Source: an uncultured Alphaproteobacteria bacterium (GTDB lineage: Bacteria; Pseudomonadota; Alphaproteobacteria; JAGOMX01). From it: a stretch of 64,000 nt of DNA. The notes beneath the pieces are model-generated. The model did no database searches. It had not been told where the DNA came from and saw only the letters and a program-made list of their open reading frames with translations. A program made the translations under genes and the position numbers. Location: positions 6,839 to 70,838 of the forward strand of contig CAWAEF010000015.1 of the NCBI GenBank assembly GCA_963780985.1, given 5' to 3'. Shown piece after piece: positions 44,260-53,551 of this stretch (the stretch's first letter is position 1; every line of letters starts with the position of its first letter).

Positions 44260-45104
44260 TGTACGAGTTCTTCATTGAGCCTTTTGCTGACTATCTATTC
44301 CTGAAACGGGCCCTGGTGGCCTGTCTTGCCTTATCGTTGGGTTGTGCGCCGGTGGGCGTTCTGGTGGTGCTGCGGCGCATGAGCTTGATGGGGGATGCCC
44401 TATCGCACTCTATTCTACCAGGCGTGGCTATCGGCTTTCTGATTTCGGGCTTGTCTTTAACAGCCATGAGCATCGGGGGATTTATTTCCGCCCTGGTTGT
44501 GGCCCTGTTAGCGGGTGTTGTTTCAAGAACGACCCTGTTGCGTGAAGATGCGAGCCTGGTTGGTTTCTATCTGATCTCTTTGGCATTCGGCTCGCTGATC
44601 GTTTCCTTAAAGGGTAGCAACGTCGATCTGATTCATATTCTTTTCGGCACAATCTTAGCCGTGGATGAGCCTGCCTTGATGCTGATTTCTATGATCACGA
44701 CGGTTACGCTTTTGGTGGGGGCTTTTATTTACCGTCCCTTGATTATGGAATGCTTTGATCCTGAATATATGAGGTCGCTGGGTGCCTGGGGTGGTTTCTA
44801 CCATGGGGCATTTATAGTACTTATCGTCCTTTGCATGGTTGCAGCATTCCAAGCGTTAGGTGCGCTGATGGCATTGGGTATGATGATGCTGCCGGCCATT
44901 TCAGCTCGATTCTGGGCACGGGACATATGGAAGATGTTCCTGGTTGCGTTCATGATTGCCATGGCTTCTGGATATATGGGCTTGTTGATGTCATTCCATT
45001 TTAAATGGTCTTCTGGTCCTTCCATCGTATTGCTGGCTGGTGTTTGTTACATCTTTTCCTTGGTGGTTGGCCGTTATGGCAGCTTAAGGCAGAGGCTGGC
45101 ATGA
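44259..45104 (+). CDS. Metal ABC transporter permease (ABC-3 family)
   Basis: TAATG overlap with the ATPase gene. About 8 TM segments, ZnuB/MntC-like. Confidence 0.85.
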   Translation: MYEFFIEPFADYLFLKRALVACLALSLGCAPVGVLVVLRRMSLMGDALSHSILPGVAIGFLISGLSLTAMSIGGFISALVVALLAGVVSRTTLLREDASLVGFYLISLAFGSLIVSLKGSNVDLIHILFGTILAVDEPALMLISMITTVTLLVGAFIYRPLIMECFDPEYMRSLGAWGGFYHGAFIVLIVLCMVAAFQALGALMALGMMMLPAISARFWARDIWKMFLVAFMIAMASGYMGLLMSFHFKWSSGPSIVLLAGVCYIFSLVVGRYGSLRQRLA

Positions 45105-45985
45105 GATATCTTTTAGCCCTAGCACTTACAGTTCTCTTGAGCTCGCCCAGTATGGCAGCTTTGAAAGTGGTCACTAGCTTCAGCATTCTTGCTGATATTG
45201 TAAAGCAGATTGGTGGAGACCACGTGGCGATTGACAATATCGTTGGCGCTAACGAGGATGCCCACGTTTTTAATCCCGCACCCCAACATAGCGTTATGTT
45301 GGCCAAGGCCGATGTGGTGGTCGTTAATGGTCTCGGCTTTGAAGGATGGATCGATAGGCTGATTAAGGCATCTGGATTCAAAGGGCTGGTGATCGTTGCG
45401 AGTGAAGGTGTTAAGCCTATAAAACTGGAAGAAAATACATCGACATTTCATCAGGGATCCCCCCAGGATCCCCATGCATGGCATAGTATCCCGCTGGTTA
45501 TGAAATACGTGGACAACATCTCAACTGCTTTGCAGAAGTCAGATCCCGAGCATGCCAAGGAATTCAAGAGGAACGCCACGTCTTATAAACAAAGGTTAAG
45601 ATTTTTGGATGAATGGGTGAAGGATGAACTAAGTCGTATTGATCCCAAAAAACGTAAGGTGATCACGGCCCATGACGCTTTCCAGTACTTTGCCCACGAA
45701 TATAAAATCGCATTTCTGGCACCCCAAGGGGTGAGCACCCAAGCAGAGGCAACCCCTGAAGCGGTTAAGGCATTGATTGACCTGATTCACAAGGAAGACA
45801 TTAAAACCATATTTGTAGAGAATATAACCAACGAGAAGCAAATGCAGATGATTCGCGAAAGCACGGGCGCCCGTATTGGTGGCACCTTGTATTCCGACGC
45901 CTTGTCGGATGTGGATGGGCCTGCGCCTGACTATGTCTCGCTGATGAAGCATAATGTATCCTTGATTATATCTTCGATGAAGTGA
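45101..45985 (+). CDS. Metal ABC transporter substrate-binding protein (cluster A-I, ZnuA/MntA/TroA-like)
   Basis: ATGA overlap with the permease gene. Signal peptide MRYLLALALTVLLSSPSMA. DPHAW motif. No long His-rich loop, so metal specificity is unresolved. Confidence 0.85.
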   Translation: MRYLLALALTVLLSSPSMAALKVVTSFSILADIVKQIGGDHVAIDNIVGANEDAHVFNPAPQHSVMLAKADVVVVNGLGFEGWIDRLIKASGFKGLVIVASEGVKPIKLEENTSTFHQGSPQDPHAWHSIPLVMKYVDNISTALQKSDPEHAKEFKRNATSYKQRLRFLDEWVKDELSRIDPKKRKVITAHDAFQYFAHEYKIAFLAPQGVSTQAEATPEAVKALIDLIHKEDIKTIFVENITNEKQMQMIRESTGARIGGTLYSDALSDVDGPAPDYVSLMKHNVSLIISSMK

Positions 45986-46055
45986 ATGATCTAAAAAGAC
46001 TTGTGTATATAAGGTAATATGTGGATATTGTAATGATGAAACACAAAGGGAAGAA

Positions 46056-46901
46056 ATGAGCAGCGAAGTCCAGATTTACACCCCGGAAAAATCCCTTAAA
46101 TTAAGGGGCATATTATCCGTTCTCAAAGAGTTCTTTGGCGACCTGGCTGATGCCTACTTTACTTCTGGCTATAGTGTCTTGAGTGCATACTATGAGATCA
46201 AATCTCGTTATGAGACATCCGTGTTGGGTCCTTTATGGATGGTCTTGAGCAACATCATTTTTATTTCTGTTATCAGCCTCATCTACAGCTCAGCTTTTGG
46301 TATCCAGCTTAGTGATTATGTGCCGTTCCTAACGGCGGGGTATTTGCTATGGATGCTGATGGTGAACATTATACAGGATGGCTCAGTCACTTTTATTTGG
46401 TATGGGCACCTGTTGAAAAATAATAAAATCAGTCCGCTGGTGATTTATAGCAGACTCTTCTCTCGTGCCGTGATTATATTTGCTCACAATATCCCGGTTA
46501 TCTTTTTAATCGTCCTCTATTACAAAGGGTTTGTTTTTAATATTCCTGAACTGCTTTTTGGGCTAACGCTATTCGTCACCTGTACGTTCTTTATGGGGCT
46601 GGCCATTTCCATTATGGCTTGTCGGTTTAGAGATATTGCTTTTGTATTGCCCTCAATCTTTCAGGTACTGATTCTCATGATGCCCATACTGTGGAAGCCT
46701 GAGATGATTACAGGGCGCAAAACTATACTGCTAGAGGTTAACGTCATCTATCAGCTGCTAGAGATCGTACGGGCTCCCATATTGGGAGTGTTTGTTCCAT
46801 TGCATTATTATATTAATTGCCTGGCGCTGTTGGTCGTATCCTTTTTGCTTTCGGCTTATTTATACGTGGGTAGCAAAAACAAACTTGTTTTGTGGTCGTA
46901 A
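46056..46901 (+). CDS. ABC-2 type exporter permease (Wzm/KpsM/TagG-like)
   Basis: 6 TM segments with the ABC-2 pattern. Paired with the downstream ATPase. Confidence 0.75.
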   Translation: MSSEVQIYTPEKSLKLRGILSVLKEFFGDLADAYFTSGYSVLSAYYEIKSRYETSVLGPLWMVLSNIIFISVISLIYSSAFGIQLSDYVPFLTAGYLLWMLMVNIIQDGSVTFIWYGHLLKNNKISPLVIYSRLFSRAVIIFAHNIPVIFLIVLYYKGFVFNIPELLFGLTLFVTCTFFMGLAISIMACRFRDIAFVLPSIFQVLILMMPILWKPEMITGRKTILLEVNVIYQLLEIVRAPILGVFVPLHYYINCLALLVVSFLLSAYLYVGSKNKLVLWS

Positions 46902-46910
46902 GGGGGGCAT

Positions 46911-47666
46911 ATGAGTTTTTACGTAAAATTAGAAGACGTGCACTTGCGATTTAAAGATATGAAAAGCACAGATCTGTCCTTGCGGCGCCTTGCCGTAGGA
47001 CAGCTGATGACTTGGTTCGGCAAAAACAAAGCGGAGCCGGCCGAAGACAAGATGCCAGAAGTCCTTAGGGGCATCAATCTTGAATTGCGAGATGGTGTCA
47101 AGCTGGGTCTTATCGGCGGAAATGGAACTGGTAAATCGACGCTGTTACGGGTTATTGCAGGAATATACCGACCTACCGCTGGCAGGGTTGAGGTTCAAGG
47201 GCGGGTGACGACCCTTCTCAATTCAGGATTTGTCCTCGATCCACAGCTCACAGGCATTGAGAATATTCGTCTTGGTTGCGCCTTGTTGAAAATACCTAAC
47301 AATCAAGTCGCAAGCAAAATTGAGGAAATTGTCGAGTTTTCAGAATTGGAAAACTCCATTCATCAACACCTGGAACATTTTTCCGATGGGATGCGCTCAC
47401 GTCTTGGATTTGCGATCGCCACGTCCGTACAGCCCGAGATTCTGTTGATAGATGAAGCGATCGGCACGGGCGACAAATTCTTTATCGAAAAGGCCACGGC
47501 CCGTATTACCCAGCTTATCGAGAACTCCTCCATCCTGGTTATGGCCAGCCATAATGAAAGCATAATGCGGCGCATATGTAACAAAGTAGCCCTCATCAGA
47601 GACGGCAAGGTCGCTGACTTGGGCGATGTGGATGAGATGCTCGGTAATTATACCGAGGCGGCTTAG
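46911..47666 (+). CDS. ABC exporter ATP-binding protein (Wzt/KpsT/TagH-like, no C-terminal extension)
   Basis: GGNGTGKST, FSDGMRSRL, LIDEA. Confidence 0.85.
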   Translation: MSFYVKLEDVHLRFKDMKSTDLSLRRLAVGQLMTWFGKNKAEPAEDKMPEVLRGINLELRDGVKLGLIGGNGTGKSTLLRVIAGIYRPTAGRVEVQGRVTTLLNSGFVLDPQLTGIENIRLGCALLKIPNNQVASKIEEIVEFSELENSIHQHLEHFSDGMRSRLGFAIATSVQPEILLIDEAIGTGDKFFIEKATARITQLIENSSILVMASHNESIMRRICNKVALIRDGKVADLGDVDEMLGNYTEAA

Positions 47667-48667
47667 GAGGCCTCCTCCAGAGTCTGTGCCCATTTGGGTG
47701 CAAGAAACTTGAAAGGTTCTGCGGGCTTAAACAGCGCAGATACTTCCCCTGCCATGATATCAGGGCCATCGAGTTTAAGACTCACTGTTTTTGCCCCGGG
47801 TTCAAAATTTAAGTTTTTAAAATCCACCCAGAAAATTGCTGGGTTAAGTACGGATTCAAAATAGTATCGTTTCTTATCGTGATCAACCACAGCTCGCCAT
47901 AGGGTTGAAGCGATGTTAGGTTTATCCGGGTCTTCCATGCCCAAGGGCACACCTATCGAACGCATCTGCGAAAATATCGCTGCGACTGCTTCTTTATCTT
48001 TATATTTAGGCGATGATTTGAGATTGTAACTGGCGCGGACAAAGCGATCAGCAGCGGTAATTGTGCCGGGGAGCATATTTCTTCCGCCAATAAGCTCCCA
48101 ATAAGTATTTAATGCGAGCTGTTGATCATAGGTAGGGGAGTTTGTCATCACCGTATATTCTGGGCTATGATGAATCACAATCTTACCGTCAATGTATTCA
48201 AATATGGCTGAGTCACCGCTGGGGTCCGATACCGAGAAATGCGCAGTACCAGCTTTTCCATTGGGAGCGAGAGCCGTGACGACGGTTAATGGATCCGATT
48301 TAAATGCATTCACAGCCTCAGCAACAGTCTTATAATTATCCAAAATATACTGAAGCAAAGCTCCCAAAGAAATCTGTGGTCTTTTGCTTTTATCTGGGTC
48401 GCCGTAATCGGATTCAGAAAGGTATAGTAAATTGGCCGCCAGGCCAGCTTCGTTCAATCCATCGCAACTGGCTAAGTTGTACATGCTGATAATGACGGAT
48501 CCATATTTGGATGACCATTTGATTGAGTCTTTACCAACGCCTCCATCACGATTCATACCTCTGGGAAACACCCACCAAACTGGCTCGATATTCATGTCGC
48601 TCCAGTCCATGCAGCGCCCTAAAAGATAAGTATTGTTACCGGTTTCGTACAGGACTCTAGTACACAT
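47663..48667 (-). CDS. Choloylglycine hydrolase-family (Ntn) linear amide C-N hydrolase
   Basis: N-terminal MCTR places the nucleophile Cys at position 2. Length and core are typical of the PVA/BSH family. Confidence 0.8.
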   Translation of the reverse strand: MCTRVLYETGNNTYLLGRCMDWSDMNIEPVWWVFPRGMNRDGGVGKDSIKWSSKYGSVIISMYNLASCDGLNEAGLAANLLYLSESDYGDPDKSKRPQISLGALLQYILDNYKTVAEAVNAFKSDPLTVVTALAPNGKAGTAHFSVSDPSGDSAIFEYIDGKIVIHHSPEYTVMTNSPTYDQQLALNTYWELIGGRNMLPGTITAADRFVRASYNLKSSPKYKDKEAVAAIFSQMRSIGVPLGMEDPDKPNIASTLWRAVVDHDKKRYYFESVLNPAIFWVDFKNLNFEPGAKTVSLKLDGPDIMAGEVSALFKPAEPFKFLAPKWAQTLEEAS

Positions 48668-48850
48668 GATTCTCTCCTTTTAAATATCGCCCTTCAAAAT
48701 GAAGTGTGCGGGTTTTAGGTAATGAATTGCCCTTTTCTACATAATGGCTTAAATGTATTAAATAATTCTTGCCTTGATGTTTCTCTTTTCATTAAATTTA
48801 CAGCTAGTTTAAATAGATAAATGATTTATGGGGTTCTTTTGCAAAACCCG

Positions 48851-48930
48851 TGGGGGTAGATATAATCTTCCGCCTCCGGCAGAGGTTATCCTGAACGGAC
48901 GACCGGAGTTATTCGCTCCGGTATATTTGC
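48851..48930 (+). promoter_or_regulatory. Structured 5-prime leader of the terC-family gene; possible Mn2+ (yybP-ykoY-like) riboswitch or attenuator
   Basis: Three segments CTCCGG (48874-79), CCGGAG (48903-08) and CTCCGG (48916-21) allow mutually exclusive hairpins. There is only loose resemblance to the yybP-ykoY conserved blocks. Confidence 0.3.
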
Positions 48931-48998
48931 ATGTGAGTCCTTCCAAACGATACCCTCTCCATGCTATTCTCTAACGAATCAACAATAAGAATGAAAAC

Positions 48999-49919
48999 GT
49001 GGCAGCACAGATTACCCCTTGGATCCTATTTAACCTCTTTGTGTTAGGCGTATTGGCGTTGGATCTGGGGTATTTTAACAAACATGCCCATGTTATCAGC
49101 CGGAAGGAAGCTGCCCTTTGGAGCTTATTCTGGATAAGTCTGGCGCTCATTTTCTGCGCTGGTATTTATGTATGGGAAGGGGAAATATTAGCCCTTGAGT
49201 TTTTGACCGGCTATGTCATCGAGAAGTCCCTAAGCGTTGATAATCTCTTTGTTATTCTGTTAATTTTCAAGATGCATAACATCGCTCGCGAGCAGCAGCA
49301 TCGAATCCTGTATTGGGGAATTTTGGGCGCTTTGGTAATGCGGGCATTGATGATTCTGGCCGGGATACAATTGATCGAGCGATTTGACTGGATGTTATAT
49401 GTGTTCGGTGCTTTCTTGATTTATGCGGGCATATCAACCCTTTTTGATCGTCTACCACCCGGGGAAGAGGCGCCAGAGAATCCTTTGCTGACCTGGATCA
49501 AGGATAAATTGCCACTAAAGGAAGATGATCGTGGCCAGCGGTTTTTTGTTAAAGAGAACGGCAAGCTATATGTGACCCATCTGTTTGTGGCACTGATCTT
49601 TATCGAATTTGCGGATTTGCTGTTTGCGGTAGATTCCATTCCGGCCATATTGGCCATCAGCCGGGATCCTTTTGTGGTGTATACGTCTAACATCTTTGCG
49701 ATCTTAGGCTTGCGGTCCTTATATTTCCTTGTGGCCGATATCATCCCCAAATTCTATTATATCCACCATGCCTTGGCGGTGATCCTTATCTTCGTGGGCA
49801 TAAAGATGCTGGCCCAAAATATCTACCATATCCCAATCGGTTTCTCCTTGCTCTTTATATTAGCCGTATTTACGATGGCGATCGTTGCGTCTGTGCTCCG
49901 TCAAAGGTTGAAGGCTTAA
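48999..49919 (+). CDS. terC: TerC/Alx-family integral membrane protein
   Basis: 306 aa with the TerC signature (EKSLSVDNLFV, ADLLFAVDSIPA). GTG start. Confidence 0.9.
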   Translation: MAAQITPWILFNLFVLGVLALDLGYFNKHAHVISRKEAALWSLFWISLALIFCAGIYVWEGEILALEFLTGYVIEKSLSVDNLFVILLIFKMHNIAREQQHRILYWGILGALVMRALMILAGIQLIERFDWMLYVFGAFLIYAGISTLFDRLPPGEEAPENPLLTWIKDKLPLKEDDRGQRFFVKENGKLYVTHLFVALIFIEFADLLFAVDSIPAILAISRDPFVVYTSNIFAILGLRSLYFLVADIIPKFYYIHHALAVILIFVGIKMLAQNIYHIPIGFSLLFILAVFTMAIVASVLRQRLKA

Positions 49920-50680
49920 CCGTAGGTAAACAGGATTTTCCCGTGCTCCTTCAGCCATCGACGGTGGTGCTTAAATTGAGGGCACAGATCCTTCACGATG
50001 GACCAGAATGCCGGGCTGTGATTCATTTCGATCAGATGTGCGACCTCGTGGGCACAAACGTATTCAGCAACTTCAAGGCCAGCAAAGACCAGTCGCCATG
50101 AATAGGCTAGGTTGCCGTCTCTTGAACAGCTTCCCCAACGACTGGATGTATCTTTAATATTGATACTGGTGACCTGCTTGCCAATTTGAGCAGCAAATTT
50201 CTGGCTGGTCTCAGTGACGTATTTGTAGATGTGTGAACGTAACCAATCCTTTGTGAGGCCGGGTACGATGATGGGGTCAAAGCCTTTTACTTCTATGACC
50301 TGATTGTCTGCGGTGACGCTGGGTGATTCTTGGTATGAATACCGTATGAGGTGAGGGACCCCCAGGATGGGGATCTGATTGCCCTGGACTAAAGGCGTGT
50401 TTTGCTCTAGATGGGAACAGACCTTGAGCAACCAGCCCCTGGATTTTTCGATGAAGGCCATGATCTCGTGGGGCATGGCGTGGGAGGGTCTGGTTAAGTA
50501 AATCATGTTTTGGGAAGGATGAAGCCTAAGAGAGAGTCTCTTGGATCGTGGATTCTCACGTACCTGAATATTGATGCTCAAATCTGAAATTTGAAGGGTG
50601 ATATCCTGTCGGTTCATTGCAGATCTTCCGATGACCATTGCCTTTTTCCTAAACTCAGGTAAAGTGAGTGTGTATTTCAA
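49916..50680 (-). CDS. YgjP-like (DUF45/M48-related) metal-dependent hydrolase
   Basis: SRWGSCS motif and HEVAHLIEMNHS (HExxH). Confidence 0.8.
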   Translation of the reverse strand: MKYTLTLPEFRKKAMVIGRSAMNRQDITLQISDLSINIQVRENPRSKRLSLRLHPSQNMIYLTRPSHAMPHEIMAFIEKSRGWLLKVCSHLEQNTPLVQGNQIPILGVPHLIRYSYQESPSVTADNQVIEVKGFDPIIVPGLTKDWLRSHIYKYVTETSQKFAAQIGKQVTSINIKDTSSRWGSCSRDGNLAYSWRLVFAGLEVAEYVCAHEVAHLIEMNHSPAFWSIVKDLCPQFKHHRRWLKEHGKILFTYG

Positions 50681-50710
50681 ACATCGACGCCAAAAAACAA
50701 TAAGAAAGGG

Positions 50711-52963
50711 TTGTTGATGCTTACCAAGCTTTTAGAGCGTTTTCGCATTGAACACAAGTTAATTCCTACCGGGGAGGGTAAGGAATTGCTGCTGTTATTG
50801 CGCAATTCATCGCACCTCAAACAGCTTTGGGGTTTGGTGCTCGCCAATATTATTGCCATTGGCCTTCTGGGTGGAATTTTGGTGCTTATGAGCAGTGAGA
50901 CTGCCTATTTAGTCCTTTCCGTCGCAATAACATTTTGCGCGGCAAGCGTGGTTACCATTTCGGGGTATACATGCTGGTACTTGGTGACCTTGAATCGACA
51001 GCTCAGTAATGTCTTAGAGGGGGCCAATGATTTTTATCAAGGCATTATGCTGACTGATAAGCGGGGATTCATCCAATACTTCAATAATAAAATGCTACAG
51101 TCTTTTGGTCATCTGGACGAGAATCAGCTAGATACATTTACAGAATCCTACATACATCCTGACAGTGTTGCCGATTTCTTGAAGCTGCGTAAGGCAGCGC
51201 GTTCTAATGAGGAAGCTACGGCAGCTATATTGGTGGGCAAGTCGTCTGTAGCGCCTGAATTATGGCATGTGAGAGTGATGCCACTGAAGTACAGTAGTGG
51301 CTTTGTCTTTTGGATTTTTGATTCGCATGCTGGCGATGTGGCCGATCAAAATGAATCAACGCTGTCCTCAGCCTACACGAATTTCCGAACCATATTTGAA
51401 CAAGCACCCATGGGGATTGTGGTTCTTGATCATGAGGGAAAAATAAAAGCAACCAATAGGTTCTTTCAGGAGGAATTATGTAAGATGCCGCTGCAACCGC
51501 AGCAGTCTTTCTTTGATCTCCTGCATCCCAATAGCCGTCAAGGGGCGATGGATAACATTGAAAGAATTATGGCTGGCGAGATGATTTCTATGCCGCTGGA
51601 GCTCCAGTTTATCGATGATAAGTCCGCACAGATTTCTGCCTTTGCCAGCAATATAGAGGATAAAGAAGTTGGGGGCGACCCTAAGCCCAAATCTAAAGGC
51701 GTGATCTTACATTTCTTCGACAGCTCCCAGCAGAAAGTCCTCGCGGTTCAACTGGCTCAGTCACAGAAAATGCAGGCGATGGGTCAGCTGGCGGGGGGCA
51801 TTGCCCATGACTTTAACAACTTGCTGACGGCAATTATTGGTTTTTGTGATCTCCTGCTGCTGCGCCATTCTCCGGGCGATCAGTCCTTCACGGATATTAT
51901 GCAAATCAAGCAAAATTCAAACCGAGCCGCCAATCTTGTCCGACAATTGTTGGCGTTTTCTAAACAACAGACTCTACAGCCACAGATGTTGAATGTGAGC
52001 GAAATATTGACGGAAGTTTCTGTGTTGCTACAGCGACTCGTGGGCGTGAATGTCGATCTCAACATTGTTCACGGACGAGACCTGGGCTTTATTAAGGTCG
52101 ATAAAGGTCAGTTCGAGCAGGTTATCATTAACCTCGTGGTCAATGCCCGGGATGCTATGGATGAAAAGGGGCTTATCACCATCAAGACTTTCAATAGTAC
52201 CTTTGCGGAAGAATTTCACATCCATCACGATGTCATACCTGTGGGCACCTATGTGGTTATGGAGGTGGAAGATACCGGCAGCGGCATTTCAAAGGAAAAT
52301 ATGACGCGTATTTTTGATCCATTCTTTTCCACGAAAGAGCTTGGTCGAGGCACGGGCCTGGGGTTGTCTACCGTCTACGGTATCGTTAAACAAACAGGCG
52401 GGTACATTATCGTAGATTCAGAAGTCCATAAAGGCACAAAGTTTAAGGTGCTATTCCCCTATTACGATCCTGCAGAGCTTCTGGCGGAAGCTGAAAAATC
52501 GAAAAAGCAGGAGTACTCAGGAGATCTGACGGGTAGTGGTTCCATCCTTCTTGTTGAGGATGAAGATGCTGTTCGACTGTTCGGCGCCAGAGCCTTGCGG
52601 GACAAAGGATACCGCGTCGTAGAAGCTCGGGATGGTCTTGAGGCTCTTAACTACCTTGAATCGATTACCGATAATCCCGAAAATAAGGTCGATCTCCTGA
52701 TTACGGACGTGGTTATGCCGGTGATGGATGGTGTTGAGCTCGTCAGGCAGGTTCATCAGATACTGCCTGATCTTTCTATAATTTATATATCTGGCTATGC
52801 GGAAGATTCTTTCCGGCAAAAGGTTGGGGAAGAGTCCAATATACATTTCTTACCAAAACCCTTTAGTTTGAAAGAATTAGCGCGTAAAGTGAAGGATGTG
52901 ATGACGGAACATGGCGGCCACAAGGGTGCCGGCGACGAGCTTCACATTAAACAACTCAGCTAG
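50711..52963 (+). CDS. cckA: Hybrid sensor histidine kinase/response regulator, CckA-like
   Basis: Two N-terminal TM segments, two PAS-like regions, H-box GGIAHDFNNLLTAI, an HATPase domain, and a C-terminal REC domain (LLVEDEDAVR..DLLITDVVMP). The symbol is tentative. Confidence 0.6.
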   Translation: MLMLTKLLERFRIEHKLIPTGEGKELLLLLRNSSHLKQLWGLVLANIIAIGLLGGILVLMSSETAYLVLSVAITFCAASVVTISGYTCWYLVTLNRQLSNVLEGANDFYQGIMLTDKRGFIQYFNNKMLQSFGHLDENQLDTFTESYIHPDSVADFLKLRKAARSNEEATAAILVGKSSVAPELWHVRVMPLKYSSGFVFWIFDSHAGDVADQNESTLSSAYTNFRTIFEQAPMGIVVLDHEGKIKATNRFFQEELCKMPLQPQQSFFDLLHPNSRQGAMDNIERIMAGEMISMPLELQFIDDKSAQISAFASNIEDKEVGGDPKPKSKGVILHFFDSSQQKVLAVQLAQSQKMQAMGQLAGGIAHDFNNLLTAIIGFCDLLLLRHSPGDQSFTDIMQIKQNSNRAANLVRQLLAFSKQQTLQPQMLNVSEILTEVSVLLQRLVGVNVDLNIVHGRDLGFIKVDKGQFEQVIINLVVNARDAMDEKGLITIKTFNSTFAEEFHIHHDVIPVGTYVVMEVEDTGSGISKENMTRIFDPFFSTKELGRGTGLGLSTVYGIVKQTGGYIIVDSEVHKGTKFKVLFPYYDPAELLAEAEKSKKQEYSGDLTGSGSILLVEDEDAVRLFGARALRDKGYRVVEARDGLEALNYLESITDNPENKVDLLITDVVMPVMDGVELVRQVHQILPDLSIIYISGYAEDSFRQKVGEESNIHFLPKPFSLKELARKVKDVMTEHGGHKGAGDELHIKQLS

Positions 52964-52995
52964 CACGTAAGTAACGCACTATCTAAGTTGTTAAG
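52948..52995 (+). repeat. Family B copy B6 (minimal 48-bp form)
   Basis: TAAACAACTCAGCTAGCACGTAAGTAACGCACTATCTAAGTTGTTAAG. It overlaps the last codons and the TAG stop of the kinase gene. Confidence 0.85.
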
Positions 52996-53031
52996 AAAAA
53001 TAAGATGTATGTTTAAAGGGAAGGATTTTTA

Positions 53032-53235
53032 ATGCACACCGTTCTAAGTATTATGCTCTATCTGGCCTTGGCGGCAACAGTGGTTACTCTCGTGATCGGG
53101 GTTACCGGTATGCTCAGAGCGCAGCGTGAAGGCGATCAAGAAAAAAGCAACAAATTGATGCGCATGAGAGTTCTCTTTCAGGCCATTGCATTAATTATAG
53201 TTGCACTCTTGTTGATTACGTCCCGTCACGGATAA
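53032..53235 (+). CDS. Twin-transmembrane-helix small protein (HIG1-domain type)
   Basis: 67 aa with two TM helices and SNKLMRMRVLFQ between them. Confidence 0.75.
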   Translation: MHTVLSIMLYLALAATVVTLVIGVTGMLRAQREGDQEKSNKLMRMRVLFQAIALIIVALLLITSRHG

Positions 53236-53296
53236 AATTTGTTGGCAAGAAGGTCTTATATTGATAAAACATCAATGAGTTATTAAAGGGAACATT

Positions 53297-53551
53297 ATGA
53301 TGGAAAACGTTTTACCTATCCAGAATCCAGCGGCCATGACTTTTGAAGTGGCCATGCGTGAGTTAGAAACAATTGTTCGTAGGCTGGAAGAAGGTAAGGT
53401 CGATCTAGAAGATGCCATCGCTCTTTATGAGAGGGGTGACATGTTGCGTGCTTTTTGCGATACTAAACTGAAAGAAGCCCAAATGCGGGTGGAAAAAATC
53501 GTTGATAATAACACTGGGGATAAAACAACAGTACCTTTCGACGCTAGATAA
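53297..53551 (+). CDS. xseB: Exodeoxyribonuclease VII small subunit
   Basis: FEVAMRELETIVRRLEEGKVDLEDAIALYERG. Confidence 0.9.
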   Translation: MMENVLPIQNPAAMTFEVAMRELETIVRRLEEGKVDLEDAIALYERGDMLRAFCDTKLKEAQMRVEKIVDNNTGDKTTVPFDAR

